Assembly: GCA_000165425.1 (NCBI GenBank) | Contig: CT868207.1 | Location: forward strand, 868,001-893,859 | DNA from: Paramecium tetraurelia | Taxonomy: Eukaryota | Direction of reading: 5' to 3' | DNA: 25,859 nt | Shown here: positions 23,901 through 25,859 of the stretch, one piece after another | How positions within the stretch are numbered: position 1 is the stretch's first letter | Layout of the letters: each line of letters begins with the position of its first letter | The notes under the pieces: model-generated | Told to the model about the DNA's origin: nothing | Seen by the model: only the letters and a program-made list of their open reading frames with translations | The model's database searches: none | Position numbers and translations under genes: made by a program

Positions 23901-25310
23901 AAAGGGACATAGACACATCTTAAATTCTGGATAATAGACCCGATTAGATTCTTCTGAACATGAAAGGCAGTCGGATTTAGTTGGACCATCGCAATCCTAA
24001 CAACTAAAGTGGCAAGTTATTGATTAAAATTATTCATTGCAATTTAAAAATGCGAAATTTCTGATTTACAAATTGATATAATTTTTATTCTATTAAAGGT
24101 AATTTCCATATAGCAATTTCAACTGAGGGCTGTGAAATTACCGTACTTCTATTAATTTTTTATATTCAAATACATTTGATTCCTAAAAAAACATAATATT
24201 GATAGAGATTTGATCCTACAAATATTTGACATTTAAATAATGCCAAAGTGTGATGTTATTTTGAATTTCAATCAATTCTTATATTAGAAAAGGATCATCC
24301 TAAAAATCTATTGTTACTTAAGGAAATGAAAATTTGTAGGTAGTAAAAACAATATAATTTGAATTCAGGGTAACTTTATAACCAAATTGCAAAGGTGATA
24401 GATTCTAATTTGATAAAGTATTGTCAAAATTAGCTGTTAATTTTATAAAGTAATATGTAAACTCGTCAGATGATGTAACTATTTCAACAATTCTAATCCA
24501 CCCTTATAAAGTAAATGAGTCGCAAATAGTATTTTCTGATGTAAAGGTACTTTTATCTAACCATTTTATATCAATATCTGATATTAAATAGTTTGAATTT
24601 TACTTACAATTACAAGTTTTAAAATAATCAAAATTCTCAATTGCTTATTATGTTAAATTTTGAATAACATTCGAATTTTCTACTATAAATTTTTCTAAAA
24701 CTAATTTTCCTGGAAAATAACAAAATTTTCTCCCTCTTTCTATCGAAGTGATCATTGAATCTTTTACTAACAAATCTCCTCCAAAAATCAACTATGACAC
24801 CATGTTTCTGAAAGGAAATTTTGTTTAAATAATTTCATGAATTAGGTTTTTCTCTAATTAAGAAACAATCAATTCTAATCTACTTTTTTAAGGCTATCCA
24901 AAAATTTAAAAAAAATGCCAAACATTCTCATATTCCATAGGGTCAATTTGTATTTCAAACTAATATTGCTTTCTCTCGTTATCAGAAAATATTATCGTTT
25001 TTGTAATTTATTTCTAATTATAATCAAGACAGTCATAATATAATAGAGATACACTTTAGCTAGCTTGTCCTACAATATTATGAATGTTGAAGCAATTGCT
25101 ATCAAATAATCCAATATTACCTACTTAAGAGATTGGACTTAAAGGAGTATATCTAGACCATACTCCATAAAAATAATAATCCTCTCTGTCAAAATTTATA
25201 TCATCAATATCAATCAATTATTTGTAAATTTAGTAATATTAATCCATTTCGTATATCTCAAATGCAAACATTACTTTAAACAATAATAGAAAGCAATAAT
25301 AGGAAATCAT
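17949..25310 (-). CDS. giant Cys-rich/beta-helix surface protein (copy B), truncated after the first TM helix; one homopolymer frameshift and an assembly gap
   Basis: ATG 25310 (MISYYCFLLLFKVMFA); CHFSCQDCDGPTKSDCLSC; long CxxC-rich tract; GGGLY/GGGIY repeats; CQLGEIY..GYWRP..CLGGW..GALCEECD; TM SIIPFIITSLWACFSVQITF; the frame then runs to TGA at 17951..17949. Introns 23751-23778, 22483-22504, 18163-18184. +1 frameshift at the A7 run 20294-20300. Confidence 0.65.
18046..18060. repeat. CTTAA x3 micro-tandem at a former exon/intron boundary of copy B
   Basis: Seen directly; it adjoins a relic intron donor (GTATTG on the - strand) at the position of copy A intron 15287-15311. Confidence 0.7.
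21840..21989. other. assembly gap (150 N) inside copy B
   Basis: Run of Ns. The adjacent 21790-21839 is atypically GC-rich, consistent with low-quality read-end bases. Confidence 0.99.
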
Positions 25311-25859
25311 AAATTTATGCTGTTTATAATCCTAAATTAAAAAAATATGTGTTATCCAATTAATCAAATTAGGATTAAATTAATTCTTGATATTACAAGA
25401 AATGATTGTTGTATGTAATACCTCCAAAATTTTAAATATCTTTGAGTAGAATGAGTCTATATTTGAATGAAATTTTTTGAGATAACTTCAAACTTGTACC
25501 TTATATTTCCAAATATTAATCTATTTAACTCAATTTGTAAATCTTACAATACATTAAATAAACTAAAATAAATTACAGAGTCAAAATTTGAATGCGATGT
25601 TTAATTCAAATTGTAATTAGCATTTTAGTAAATATTTGCTCATAAAGTATATTGTGTACTCTCATATCTCAAATATGATCATTATCATATTAAAATATAA
25701 TATTTAGTCCTTAATCTTATATATCAAAATAAAACAAAATTAAGTAATAAAATTCCATTTAATTATGACAATATCCCATTTGAAGAATATATCTATTTTT
25801 TCTTTATTTTTTTTGAAACTTATTTTAATGTAAAACTGCTATGAATCACCAGAGATGAA

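Noticed and set aside
1..25859. CRISPR arrays, tRNA/rRNA genes, telomeric repeats, transposases
   Set aside because: None seen on manual reading; covariance-model searches could not be run.

Overview
AT-rich eukaryotic DNA from a ciliate, most likely Paramecium macronuclear sequence. Conserved domains read through TAA/TAG as Gln (translation table 6), every gene ends in TGA, and introns are tiny (22-28 nt, GT..AG). The supplied standard-code ORF track therefore only shows fragments. Hand translation gives an AGC-group kinase, a basic hypothetical protein, a small PX-domain protein, a RING-HC protein, an NPSN-type Qb-SNARE and an intronless paraoxonase-like lactonase. The remaining ~16 kb holds two convergent giant paralogous surface-protein genes (signal peptide, furin-like Cys repeats, GGGxY beta-helix repeats, Cys-rich module, multi-pass TM domain). 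The main observation is that these paralogs are damaged in complementary places. The + copy lacks ~950 nt of ectodomain and has a stop plus two frameshifts there, but keeps an intact TM module. The - copy keeps a near-intact ectodomain and first TM helix, but the rest of its TM module is heavily degenerate. A 150-N gap lies in the - copy. All calls come from manual translation and motif recognition; no database searches were run.
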